Below are positions 9,199 through 18,954 of a stretch of 64,000 nt of DNA, piece after piece. Made by a program: the position numbers and the translations under genes. Location: the NCBI GenBank assembly GCA_003597955.1, contig QZJU01000021.1, positions 44,880 to 108,879 on the forward strand, in the 5' to 3' direction. The notes under the pieces are model-generated. The model was given only the letters and a program-made list of their open reading frames with translations, had not been told where the DNA came from and ran no database searches. The stretch is from Candidatus Parcubacteria bacterium (GTDB taxonomy: Bacteria; Patescibacteriota; Patescibacteriia; PEXW01). Position 1 is the first letter of the stretch. Every line of letters begins with the position of its first letter.

Positions 9199-9798
9199 AT
9201 GCCCCATCCCGTGCCCGTAATGTTAAAAATTGCCCGATTAGCTTTTGGATTTTGGCTCTTTGTAGAAATTTTAAGTTGGGTCAAAATTTTGCCTTTGACT
9301 TTAGAATTTACCTGGCTGGGCTTGGTGGTGACCGCAAGTTTCGCCTGGGGGATTTTAGAAATTATTTCTTGGCGCTTGCGGAGAGTCGGTGCCCGCAACC
9401 TTTGGGGTCTGACTTATTTCGCGGCCTTATTCAGTCAATGCGTTGACGCTTTTGGCGATATCTCTAGATTCTATGGCAAGTTCGGTTGGTATGATCAATT
9501 TGCGCATTTTGTTGGCGGCGCCGTAGTAGCCTTGGTGATTTTTGATTTGCTCTTGGCCTTGCAGGACTCGGGCAGATTAAATTTACCGGCCAAGGGCCGG
9601 GCCATTATTGCCATTTGCGTTTCAATGGCAGCCGGCAGTCTTTATGAGCTAGAAGAATATGGCGAAGATGTGTTTTTCAACAGCAACCGTCTGGGCAATG
9701 CCTTTGATACGGGCAATGATATGTTCCTGAATACTTTGGGCGCCGCGGTTTTAATCTGGTTGATATATTTTATCAGGCGCCGGCGCAAACTATTATGA
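9199..9798 (+). CDS. Integral membrane protein, function unknown.
   Basis: Multiple hydrophobic helices. Its stop codon overlaps the start codon of the downstream Mur ligase gene. Confidence 0.45.
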   Translation: MPHPVPVMLKIARLAFGFWLFVEILSWVKILPLTLEFTWLGLVVTASFAWGILEIISWRLRRVGARNLWGLTYFAALFSQCVDAFGDISRFYGKFGWYDQFAHFVGGAVVALVIFDLLLALQDSGRLNLPAKGRAIIAICVSMAAGSLYELEEYGEDVFFNSNRLGNAFDTGNDMFLNTLGAAVLIWLIYFIRRRRKLL

Positions 9799-11117
9799 TT
9801 AAACAAATAGTAAAAAAATTTTTGCCTAGGCCGTTAATAAAAATTTACCACAGCTTGGTTGCCCGCCTGGCGGCGGGTTGGTACGGCCTGCCCTCTCGCA
9901 GGCTTTTGGTTATTGGTGTAACCGGAACCAAAGGCAAGTCGACGACCGTGAATATGATTGCCCATTTGCTGGAAGCCTTGGGTGAGCGCGTGGCTTTTTT
10001 TTCCACGGTACAAAGAGGGATTATGAGCGCGCGCTTGACGAATCGCAGTAAAATGACCATGCCTGGCCGGGGTGAACTGCAGAGATTTTTAAGGGAGGCG
10101 GTGCGGGCAGGGTGCACGGCAGCCGTGTTGGAAGTTTCCTCCGAAGGTTTGGCTCAAGGCCGACATTTAGGCATTGCCTTTGATGGCGCCGTGCTTTTGA
10201 ATCTAACGTCGGAGCATATCGAAGCGCATCAGGGTTTTCGGAATTACCGGCAGGCCAAAGAAAGGTTGTTCGCCGGCTTAAATCGGCCGTGGCGAAAGAT
10301 TTTGCATGACAAAGAAATTCCAACCGTTATCGCTGTGAACGCCGATGAAAAATTTGCTTTTAATTATTTGCGTCATGCCGCAGACCGGCGTTTGGCCTGG
10401 ACAATGACTAAAAACGGTGTCAAAGATATTCCGGGTTTGCAAATTTTTAGAGCGCAAGAAATTGAATTATCACCAGCCGGTTCCAAATTCAAAGTAAACG
10501 GCATTTTGGTTAAACTTCCACTCGTCGGCGAATTTAATGTTCAAAACGCCTTAGCCGCAATGACGACATTAACCGGCTTTGGTTATGAAGTAAAAAAATT
10601 AATATACGCCTTGGCTTCAGTACCGAAAACTCCTGGCCGACTGGAAGAAGTGAAATTAAATTCCGCATTCAAGGTTTTTGTGGATTACGCGCATGAGCCG
10701 GCGAGCTTGCAAGCCGTTTACAATGCAGTCAAATTGTTTCAACCCAAGCGCTTGTTAACTTTGTTGGGCAGCCAAGGCGGTGGCCGTGATATTGCCAAGC
10801 GGAGCGTGATGGGCGCGCTCGCCGCAAATTCCGCGAACATTGTTTTTGTCACCAACGAAGATCCCTATGATGAGCCGCCGGAAAAAATCGTGGCTGATGT
10901 CGCCCAGGCGGCCGACAGCGTCGGCAAAGCAAAAGTTTTCGCAATTCCGGATCGACGCTTGGCGATTCGAAAAATGTTGAGCTTGGCCCAACCGGGCGAT
11001 GTTCTGCTTTTAACCGGGAAGGGCGGGGAAGAAGTCATGGCCATTTCCAAGGGCAGATTGATTCCCTGGGATGACCGTCAGGTTTTGCAGGAAGAATACT
11101 TAAAAAATACCCAGTAA
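9795..11117 (+). CDS. murE: Mur ligase family protein, probably UDP-MurNAc-tripeptide synthetase MurE.
   Basis: GVTGTKGKSTT P-loop and Mur ligase middle and C-terminal domain patterns. Confidence 0.7.
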   Translation: MIKQIVKKFLPRPLIKIYHSLVARLAAGWYGLPSRRLLVIGVTGTKGKSTTVNMIAHLLEALGERVAFFSTVQRGIMSARLTNRSKMTMPGRGELQRFLREAVRAGCTAAVLEVSSEGLAQGRHLGIAFDGAVLLNLTSEHIEAHQGFRNYRQAKERLFAGLNRPWRKILHDKEIPTVIAVNADEKFAFNYLRHAADRRLAWTMTKNGVKDIPGLQIFRAQEIELSPAGSKFKVNGILVKLPLVGEFNVQNALAAMTTLTGFGYEVKKLIYALASVPKTPGRLEEVKLNSAFKVFVDYAHEPASLQAVYNAVKLFQPKRLLTLLGSQGGGRDIAKRSVMGALAANSANIVFVTNEDPYDEPPEKIVADVAQAADSVGKAKVFAIPDRRLAIRKMLSLAQPGDVLLLTGKGGEEVMAISKGRLIPWDDRQVLQEEYLKNTQ

Positions 11118-11480
11118 ATACAGGCGGATAATACATTATTTAAGTTATCCACAGGTTGTTGATGCTTCTGCCTTGACAGGGGGTGAAGTTTATATTACTT
11201 TCAATTCATATATTTAAAAGGCTTTGCCTAAGAAATTTTAAGCTTGGGCTCCATAAAGCTCCCCTAAGATAATACTCGGGGAAATCCATTAAGGAAATTC
11301 ATGTTAAATTCATAAAGCAAGAACAGGGCTTGTAAACTCTTTCCGTTTTATTTGTGCACGGGTGGAGAGCTTTTGATTCTGTCTTGGAAAATTTCAATTG
11401 CGCTTGACAGCGATTAAAAAATTCACTAGCCAGAGAAATTATTTAAGAAAATTTAAAACAATTCCTTCAATAATTTTCCT

Positions 11481-14400
11481 ATGCAAAAAAAGCGACATAC
11501 CGTACATCACGAAGGGGCAATTGCCGGCTATAACCGAAAGTCTTTTACTAAGATTCGGGAAGCCACGGCTTTGCCGGATTTGATAGAAATTCAAAAACGC
11601 AGTTACCAATGGTTTTTTGAAGAGGGCTTAAAAGAACTTTTTGATGAAATTTCACCAATCCGGGATTTTATCGGGCGAGATTTGGAATTGTATTTTTTAA
11701 ATTACTATCTGGACGAACCCCGCTTTGACGAGCTGACGGCTAAGGCTAAGAATGTCACTTTTGAAGCGCCGTTGCGGGTGGCAACAAAATTAGTTAACAA
11801 AAAAACCGGGGAAATTAAGGAACAGGAGATTTATTTGGGTGATTTTCCATTGATGACCGATCGCGGAACTTTCATTGTCAACGGCATCGAAAGAGTTGTG
11901 GTCAGCCAGCTGATTCGAAGCGCTGGCGTTTTTTTCACTTCGGAACTAATACGCGGCCGGAAATACTACGGCGCCAAAATTATTCCCAACCGAGGCGCTT
12001 GGCTAGAAATCGAAACCGATGCTCAAGATGTCATGTGGGTGAAAATTGATCGTAAACGTAAAGCGCCGATCACGGCTTTGCTGCGGGCTTTTGGTTATGG
12101 CACAAACGAAGAGATCATTGAACTTTTTAAAACCATTGATACCCATTCCGAGCGCCGGTTTATTGATGCAACTTTTAAAAAAGACCCCAGCCGTTCCGAA
12201 GCCGAAGGCTTGAAAGAAGTCTATAAAAGAATCCGGCCGGGTGATTTGGCAACCACGGATAATGCGCGAGAATTAATTACCAAAATGTTTTTTAGTTTTG
12301 ATCGGTACGACTTTGGACGCGTTGGTCGCTATAAACTAAACCAGCGTTTCAATTTTAATTTCCCCAACGATCCCAGTCACCGGGTTTTACAAAAGGAAGA
12401 CCTCCTGTCAATCTTGCAGATGATCATTAAATTAAATCTAAGCCAAAAAGACGCAGATGACATTGACCATTTGGGAAATCGTCGCGTTAGAGCCATCGGC
12501 GAATTAGTTCAGAATAAATTCCGGGTTGGGCTTTCGCGCATGGAAAGAATAATTAAAGATCGGATGTCGACTTTGGACATTACCACAATTACGCCTAATC
12601 AATTAATTAACGCCCGGCCGATCATTGGTGCCATCAAAGAATTTTTCATGTCATCCCAGCTTTCGCAATTTATGGACCAGACTAATCCGTTGGCCGAGCT
12701 GGAACACAAGCGGCGTTTGTCGGCCATGGGGCCGGGCGGCTTATCGCGTGAACGGGCGGGCTTTGATGTTCGGGATGTGCATCGTACCCACTACGGCCGC
12801 ATTTGCCCGATCGCCACGCCTGAAGGTCCAAACATCGGTTTGGTCGGTCATTTGGCAAGTTATGCGCGAGTGAATGATTTTGGTTTTATTGAAACGCCTT
12901 TCCGAAAAGTTGTCCATGACGTGCCCAATGACGGTAAAGCCGCAGTGGGTGAAATTGCCCGAGAGGATATCGGCGACATTATCAAAGCAGGTCAGGATAT
13001 TTCCGAAGTCCAAGCCAAGGCTTTAGCAAAATTGGAAATCGAAACCGTGCCGGTTAAAGCCAGGGTGACCAAAGAGGTTGTTTATCTCGATGCTTTTACC
13101 GAAGAGCGACACGTTACAACCGCCGCCACCACGCCAACCGACGAAAACGGGTATTTTTTGGTAAATCGCACGGAAATTCGAATGCATGGGGAACCGACCA
13201 CCGGCCCAACAGACAAAATTGACTATATGGATGTTTCACCTAACCAGATTATTTCCATTGCCACATCTTTAATTCCTTTTGTGGAACATGATGATGCGGC
13301 GCGGGCTTTGATGGGCACGAATATGCAGCGGCAGGCTGTTTCTTTGGTCCGGCCCGAATCGCCGGTAATCGGTACGGGCGTGGAAGCCCGCGCCGCCCAG
13401 GATTCGGGGCAAGTTATTTTGGCCAAACAAGCAGGTGTAGTCACTTCGGTCGATGCTAGCCATATTGAAGTTTTGGAAGATGACGGTAATTTACGAACTT
13501 ATCGTTTGGGTAAATTCGTCAGATCTAACGCCTCGACCTGTATGAACCAGAAGCCAATTGTGGAAAAACATCAAAAAGTGAAGGCCGGCGAAGTTTTAGC
13601 TGATGGCGCGGCCACGGACCATGGCGAATTAGCATTGGGCCAAAATGTAATAGTCGCTTTCATTCCCTGGGAAGGCGGAAATTACGAGGACGCGATTTTA
13701 ATTTCTGAAAGATTGGTGCAAAAGGATCGTTATACCTCCATTCACATTGAAGATTTTGTCATTGATGTGCGCGACACGAAATTGGGACCGGAAGTGGTTA
13801 CGCGCGATATTCCGAACATCGGCGAAGAGAAGTTGCGCAATCTAGACGAAGAAGGCATTGTCAGAATCGGCGCGCAGGTTTCGTCTGGCGACATATTGGT
13901 CGGTAAAATCACACCCAAAGGCGAAACCGAGCTTTCTGCGGAAGAAAAATTACTTCGAGCGATTTTTGGCGAAAAAGCCAAAGACGTAAAAGACAGCTCT
14001 TTATATTTGGAGCATGGCGAGCATGGCAAGGTCGTGGATATTAAAATTTTTTCTCGCGAAAAAGGCGATAAGCTGCCTTCCGGAGTTATAAAGAGCATTC
14101 AGGTTTCGGTGGCGCAATTACGAAAAATTCAAGTTGGCGATAAAATGGCCGGTCGGCACGGTAACAAAGGCGTGATTTCCAGAGTGGTCGCGGCGGAAGA
14201 TTTGCCGTACCTGCCAGACGGCACGCCCGTGGATATTGTTTTGAATCCTTTGGGCGTGGCCTCGCGTATGAATTTGGGGCAGATTTTAGAAGTTCACTTG
14301 GGCCTAGCCGCCAAGACCTTAGGTTATAAATTAGTCAGCCCAGGTTTGAACGGCGTTCCCGAAGACATAATCCGGCAAGAATTGAAAAAAGCGGGCTTTC

Positions 14401-14909
14401 CAGAGAATGGAAAAATGCGGCTGATTGACGGGCGCACGGGCGTGCCTTTTGATCAACCCGTCACCGTCGGCGTTATGTATATGATGAAGCTCATTCACAT
14501 GGTGGAAGATAAAATTCATCAACGCTCCATCGGTCCATACTCGCTAGTGACCCAACAGCCACTTGGTGGCAAAGCCCAATTTGGCGGCCAAAGATTTGGT
14601 GAAATGGAAGTTTGGGCTCTGGAGGCTTATGGTGCGGCCCATACACTGCAAGAAATGCTAACCATAAAATCTGATGATGTGGTGGGCCGGAGCAAGGCCT
14701 ACGAGTCCATCATCAAAGGCGAGGCTATTCAAAGGCTGAATATTCCGGAATCCTTTAATGTTTTGGTGCGGGAACTAAAAGGCCTGTGTTTGGATGTGGA
14801 ATTGATTGGTGCGCAAACCGAACCCGTGGAAGAGCTACGGGCCAAACCCGCCGCCGAAAATCTCAAGCCAACCTTGCCCGAAGAGGCGGTCAAGGATTCC
14901 GATAATTAA
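11481..14909 (+). CDS. rpoB: DNA-directed RNA polymerase beta subunit.
   Basis: Full-length 1142-aa protein with canonical RpoB conserved regions. Confidence 0.97.
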   Translation: MQKKRHTVHHEGAIAGYNRKSFTKIREATALPDLIEIQKRSYQWFFEEGLKELFDEISPIRDFIGRDLELYFLNYYLDEPRFDELTAKAKNVTFEAPLRVATKLVNKKTGEIKEQEIYLGDFPLMTDRGTFIVNGIERVVVSQLIRSAGVFFTSELIRGRKYYGAKIIPNRGAWLEIETDAQDVMWVKIDRKRKAPITALLRAFGYGTNEEIIELFKTIDTHSERRFIDATFKKDPSRSEAEGLKEVYKRIRPGDLATTDNARELITKMFFSFDRYDFGRVGRYKLNQRFNFNFPNDPSHRVLQKEDLLSILQMIIKLNLSQKDADDIDHLGNRRVRAIGELVQNKFRVGLSRMERIIKDRMSTLDITTITPNQLINARPIIGAIKEFFMSSQLSQFMDQTNPLAELEHKRRLSAMGPGGLSRERAGFDVRDVHRTHYGRICPIATPEGPNIGLVGHLASYARVNDFGFIETPFRKVVHDVPNDGKAAVGEIAREDIGDIIKAGQDISEVQAKALAKLEIETVPVKARVTKEVVYLDAFTEERHVTTAATTPTDENGYFLVNRTEIRMHGEPTTGPTDKIDYMDVSPNQIISIATSLIPFVEHDDAARALMGTNMQRQAVSLVRPESPVIGTGVEARAAQDSGQVILAKQAGVVTSVDASHIEVLEDDGNLRTYRLGKFVRSNASTCMNQKPIVEKHQKVKAGEVLADGAATDHGELALGQNVIVAFIPWEGGNYEDAILISERLVQKDRYTSIHIEDFVIDVRDTKLGPEVVTRDIPNIGEEKLRNLDEEGIVRIGAQVSSGDILVGKITPKGETELSAEEKLLRAIFGEKAKDVKDSSLYLEHGEHGKVVDIKIFSREKGDKLPSGVIKSIQVSVAQLRKIQVGDKMAGRHGNKGVISRVVAAEDLPYLPDGTPVDIVLNPLGVASRMNLGQILEVHLGLAAKTLGYKLVSPGLNGVPEDIIRQELKKAGFPENGKMRLIDGRTGVPFDQPVTVGVMYMMKLIHMVEDKIHQRSIGPYSLVTQQPLGGKAQFGGQRFGEMEVWALEAYGAAHTLQEMLTIKSDDVVGRSKAYESIIKGEAIQRLNIPESFNVLVRELKGLCLDVELIGAQTEPVEELRAKPAAENLKPTLPEEAVKDSDN

Positions 14910-14917
14910 TTATTTTT

Positions 14918-17900
14918 ATGCCTGAAGACAACCAAGCTTTAAAAGACTTTTCCGCCATTCGTTTGAAATTAGCTTCGCCTGACGCCATCAAGCATTGGTC
15001 GTATGGCGAGGTGACCAAACCCGAAACCATTAATTACCGAACGCAAAAACCGGAAAAGTCCGGACTTTTTGCCGAAGAGATTTTCGGCCCCACTAAAGAT
15101 TGGGAATGTTATTGTGGCAAATACAAAAGAATCCGTTATAAAGGTATTGTCTGCGATAAATGCGGAGTTGAAGTGACGCGCGCTTTAGTCAGGCGGGAAA
15201 GGATGGGACATATAGAATTATCCGCACCAGTTTCGCACATCTGGTTTTTACGTGGCGTACCTTCGAAAATCGGCTTGATTTTAGATCTCTCTATTCAAGA
15301 TTTGGAAAAAGTTATTTATTTTGCTTCTTTTGTTATTACCGGCGTGGATGAAAATTTGCGAAAAGAAACATTAGCGCAGATTGAAGCGGAATTGGAAGCC
15401 AAGCGAAAAAGCATTGAGGCGGACGCGCAAAGAGTCGGTAACGAAATTCAGGCTAAGAAATTAAAAGATTTGGAAACAATTAAAAATAGCCCTGAAAAAT
15501 TGAAGAAGATTGAAAATCAAGTGACCGATGCTTTGGCGGCCAACGCCGCGCGCAAAAACGAACGCCTGGAAGCCTTGAACGCGGCCGCGGCCGTCGCCCG
15601 GAAAGAACTGGCAAATTTGCAGGTAAAACAAATTATTTCCGAAAGCCAGTATCACGATTTGTCTTTGAAATACGGTCACGTCTTTGAAGCTGGTATTGGC
15701 GCTGAAGCCATCCACCAACTTTTAAAGCGGGTGGAGTTAGATCAGGAAATAAAAGGCTTGGAAAAAGACCGTCGTTCTGGTTCGGAAGTTAAACAGAAAA
15801 AGGCCGTAAGGCGATTAAAGCTTTTTCGGAATTTGAAAACTAACAATTTGCGGCCCGAGTGGACGATTCTGACGGTCATTCCAGTAATCCCGCCGGATTT
15901 ACGGCCTATGGTTCAGCTGGACGGCGGTCGTTTTGCCGCCTCGGATCTTAATGATTTGTATCGGCGGGTAATCAATCGCAATAACCGCTTGAAGCGGCTT
16001 TTGGAATTGAACGCGCCCGAGGTCATTACTCGCAATGAGAAACGGATGCTCCAAGAAGCCGTAGACGCTTTGATTGACAACGGCGCCCGACACGGCAAAA
16101 CGGTCACGGCAGCCACGGGCCAAAAAAGGCAATTAAAATCCATCGCTGATATGTTAAAAGGTAAGCAAGGGCGCTTTCGGCAGAACCTATTGGGTAAGCG
16201 CGTGGATTACTCTGGTCGTTCGGTCATCGTGGTGGGTCCCCATTTGAAGCTTCACCAATGCGGTTTACCCAAACGCATGGCATTGGAATTGTTTAAACCC
16301 TTTGTTATCGCTCAGTTGATCAAGCGGGAATATGTTCACAATGTCCGCAGCGCGAATCGGTTTATTGAAAGTGATCGCAGCGAGGTCTGGGATATTTTGG
16401 AAGAAATCACCAAAACCTCGCACGTTCTTTTAAATCGCGCGCCAACTCTTCACCGCCTGGGCATCCAAGCGTTTCAGCCGGTTTTAATTGAAGGTAAGGC
16501 CATTCAAATTCACCCTATGGTCTGCACGGCTTTTAATGCGGATTTTGACGGGGATCAAATGGCCGTCCACGTTCCGTTGACCGAAAGCGCCAAAAAAGAA
16601 GCAGCCGAACTAATGCTTTCGGCCAAGAATTTATTGAAGCCCGCGACCGGCGCGCCTGTGGTCACACCTTCTCAAGATATTGTTTTGGGCTGCTTTTATC
16701 TAACCATGTTGCGGCCCCAGGAAAAGCCTTTTGCCTTTGTAGGCGCTGATGAGGCGCAATTAGCCTTCGCCATGGGCCGGATAAAACTACATGATGAAAT
16801 CATCGTTCGGCAAGGAAAAGAGAAACTTAAAACCACTGTGGGGCGACTGGTTTTTAACGCTAAGTTGCCCGAGGGCTGGGAATTCATAAACCAACATTTA
16901 GACAAAAAATCTTTGTCAAAATTAGTGGGCCGTTTTATTCAAAAGGTGGGTGTGGAAAAAACGGTTGCTTGCATAGATGCTTTGAAGAATTTAGCTTTTG
17001 AATATCTGACCAAGTCCGGCATTAGTTGGGGTATGGATGATTTGATTATCCCCAAGGAAAAGGCGGAGATTTTGGCGGCAGCGGATAAAAAGGTTGACGA
17101 ACTGAATCATAATTATGAGATGGGCCTATTGACCGATGAGGAAAGGCACAACCGAATTATTGAAGTCTGGGATCAAGCCAAAATTAACATTCAAAAAGCC
17201 TGCAAAATTACATTGGATAAATTCGGTCCGGTTTTCAGCATGATTGAGTCAGGCGCGCGGGGCAGCTGGGGCCAAACCACGCAAATGATGGGTATGAAGG
17301 GCTTGGTGACCAATCCGGCCGGAGACATTATCGAATTGCCCGTGCGTGGCAGTTTCAAAGAGGGCTTTGAGGTCTTGGAATATTTTATTTCCACTCACGG
17401 CGCTCGCAAAGGTTTGTCGGATACGGCCTTAAGAACTGCGAATGCCGGCTATTTAACTCGGAGATTGATTGATGTGGCTCAAGATATTGTCATTAGCGAA
17501 GAAATGTGTGAAGACGCCGAGGGCGTAGTGCTTTCCAAAACCGATTCCGAAGTTTTCGGGGAAACTTTAGCGCAAAGAGCCTTGGGTCGGACGAGTCTGC
17601 AGAAAATTCTTGATCCCAAAACCAAGAAGATTATAGTTGCGAAAAATGGTTTAATTTCTGAAGAAATTTTACCGGCTTTGGAATCTTTGGATTTGGATGA
17701 AATTCGGATTCGTTCGGTTTTAACTTGCCGATCGAGTCGCGGATTATGCGCCGCCTGTTACGGTTATGATCTTGGTCATAATCGGCCTGTGAAATTAGGC
17801 ACTGCGGTTGGTATCATTGCCGCGCAATCCATTGGCGAACCAGGCACGCAGTTGACCATGCGGACTTTCCATACTGGCGGTGTGGCCGGCCAAGACATCA

Positions 17901-18805
17901 CCCAAGGTTTACCCAGGGTTGAAGAATTATTCGAAGCCCGGCCTGTTAAAAAACCCGCAATTTTGTCGGCCGTGTCAGGCACCCTGTCCATTCAGGAGGG
18001 CGAAAAAGGCGAAAAGCTTCTGCGCATAAACTATCGGGGCAGCACCGATGACCTGTATCCGCTTAAGCGGGGCTTCAAGCCAGTGGTCAAAGACGGTGAA
18101 ATAGTGAAGGCCGGAGAAAAATTAGCTGAGGCCAAAGGCAAGGACCCGATCTCGGCTATTAAAGGCGGCCGCGTGGTAATTCAGGACGACCAACTTTCAG
18201 TTAAGCGCGAAGAGGATAAAATCCAAGAATACTCAGTTCACCCCGGCGACACGCTTTTGGTCAAAGACGGTGATTTGGTGAATATCGGAGATCAGTTGAC
18301 GGAAGGCAGTCTGGATCTGCATCAGCTTTACCACATGAAAGGCGAACGCGCCGTGCAGAATTATCTGATTCAGGAGATTCAGTATATTTATTCTTCCCAG
18401 GGACAGAAATTAAACAGCAAACATCTCGAAGTCATTGTTCGCCAAATGTTCTCCCGGGTGTATGTGCATGAAGCTAATGAGACAGAGCTGATTTCGGGTG
18501 AAATAATTGAACGCACCCAGTTTGACGCGGCCAATGTCAAAGCCGAGACAAAAGGCAAAAAGCCAGCCAAGGGTGAAATTTTGCTGTTTGGCATTACCAA
18601 GGCCTCCTTATCCATTGACAGTTTCCTTTCCGCCGCCTCTTTCCAAGAAACCGCCCGAGTTTTAATTGACGCGGCAGTTTCAGGCAAAGTCGACAGACTA
18701 CGCGGTTTAAAAGAGAATGTTATTATCGGCAAATTGATACCAGCGGGGACTGGCTATAAACCCGTTGAAAGTCCCGTAGACAAGGACCAAAAAGCGAAAA
18801 GCTAA
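14918..18805 (+). CDS. rpoC: DNA-directed RNA polymerase beta' subunit.
   Basis: Zinc-finger CYCGKYKRIRYKGIVCDKCG and the NADFDGD catalytic motif. The gene begins 9 nt after rpoB. Confidence 0.97.
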   Translation: MPEDNQALKDFSAIRLKLASPDAIKHWSYGEVTKPETINYRTQKPEKSGLFAEEIFGPTKDWECYCGKYKRIRYKGIVCDKCGVEVTRALVRRERMGHIELSAPVSHIWFLRGVPSKIGLILDLSIQDLEKVIYFASFVITGVDENLRKETLAQIEAELEAKRKSIEADAQRVGNEIQAKKLKDLETIKNSPEKLKKIENQVTDALAANAARKNERLEALNAAAAVARKELANLQVKQIISESQYHDLSLKYGHVFEAGIGAEAIHQLLKRVELDQEIKGLEKDRRSGSEVKQKKAVRRLKLFRNLKTNNLRPEWTILTVIPVIPPDLRPMVQLDGGRFAASDLNDLYRRVINRNNRLKRLLELNAPEVITRNEKRMLQEAVDALIDNGARHGKTVTAATGQKRQLKSIADMLKGKQGRFRQNLLGKRVDYSGRSVIVVGPHLKLHQCGLPKRMALELFKPFVIAQLIKREYVHNVRSANRFIESDRSEVWDILEEITKTSHVLLNRAPTLHRLGIQAFQPVLIEGKAIQIHPMVCTAFNADFDGDQMAVHVPLTESAKKEAAELMLSAKNLLKPATGAPVVTPSQDIVLGCFYLTMLRPQEKPFAFVGADEAQLAFAMGRIKLHDEIIVRQGKEKLKTTVGRLVFNAKLPEGWEFINQHLDKKSLSKLVGRFIQKVGVEKTVACIDALKNLAFEYLTKSGISWGMDDLIIPKEKAEILAAADKKVDELNHNYEMGLLTDEERHNRIIEVWDQAKINIQKACKITLDKFGPVFSMIESGARGSWGQTTQMMGMKGLVTNPAGDIIELPVRGSFKEGFEVLEYFISTHGARKGLSDTALRTANAGYLTRRLIDVAQDIVISEEMCEDAEGVVLSKTDSEVFGETLAQRALGRTSLQKILDPKTKKIIVAKNGLISEEILPALESLDLDEIRIRSVLTCRSSRGLCAACYGYDLGHNRPVKLGTAVGIIAAQSIGEPGTQLTMRTFHTGGVAGQDITQGLPRVEELFEARPVKKPAILSAVSGTLSIQEGEKGEKLLRINYRGSTDDLYPLKRGFKPVVKDGEIVKAGEKLAEAKGKDPISAIKGGRVVIQDDQLSVKREEDKIQEYSVHPGDTLLVKDGDLVNIGDQLTEGSLDLHQLYHMKGERAVQNYLIQEIQYIYSSQGQKLNSKHLEVIVRQMFSRVYVHEANETELISGEIIERTQFDAANVKAETKGKKPAKGEILLFGITKASLSIDSFLSAASFQETARVLIDAAVSGKVDRLRGLKENVIIGKLIPAGTGYKPVESPVDKDQKAKS

Positions 18806-18954
18806 AAAGCGCGGTAAAATCAGGTAAAAAATCGCAAAAAATTTTAGCGATGGTTGGGGGTTGCTTACAACTGAATTCTTTGGCTTGAACAGGGGATTTT
18901 TATGCAAAAAACCTAGCTTTTTTGTTTAAAAACTGATAATCTTAATAACACTTT

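Noticed and set aside
11150-11480. A clear sigma-70 promoter for rpoB
   Set aside because: Two TTGACA boxes (11172 and 11405) are present, but neither has a convincing -10 at 16-18 nt spacing, so no promoter call is made.
12625-17991. Multiple short ORFs inside and antisense to rpoB and rpoC
   Set aside because: They are embedded in highly conserved long genes, have no ribosome-binding site, and appear only because of GC-rich reading frames.
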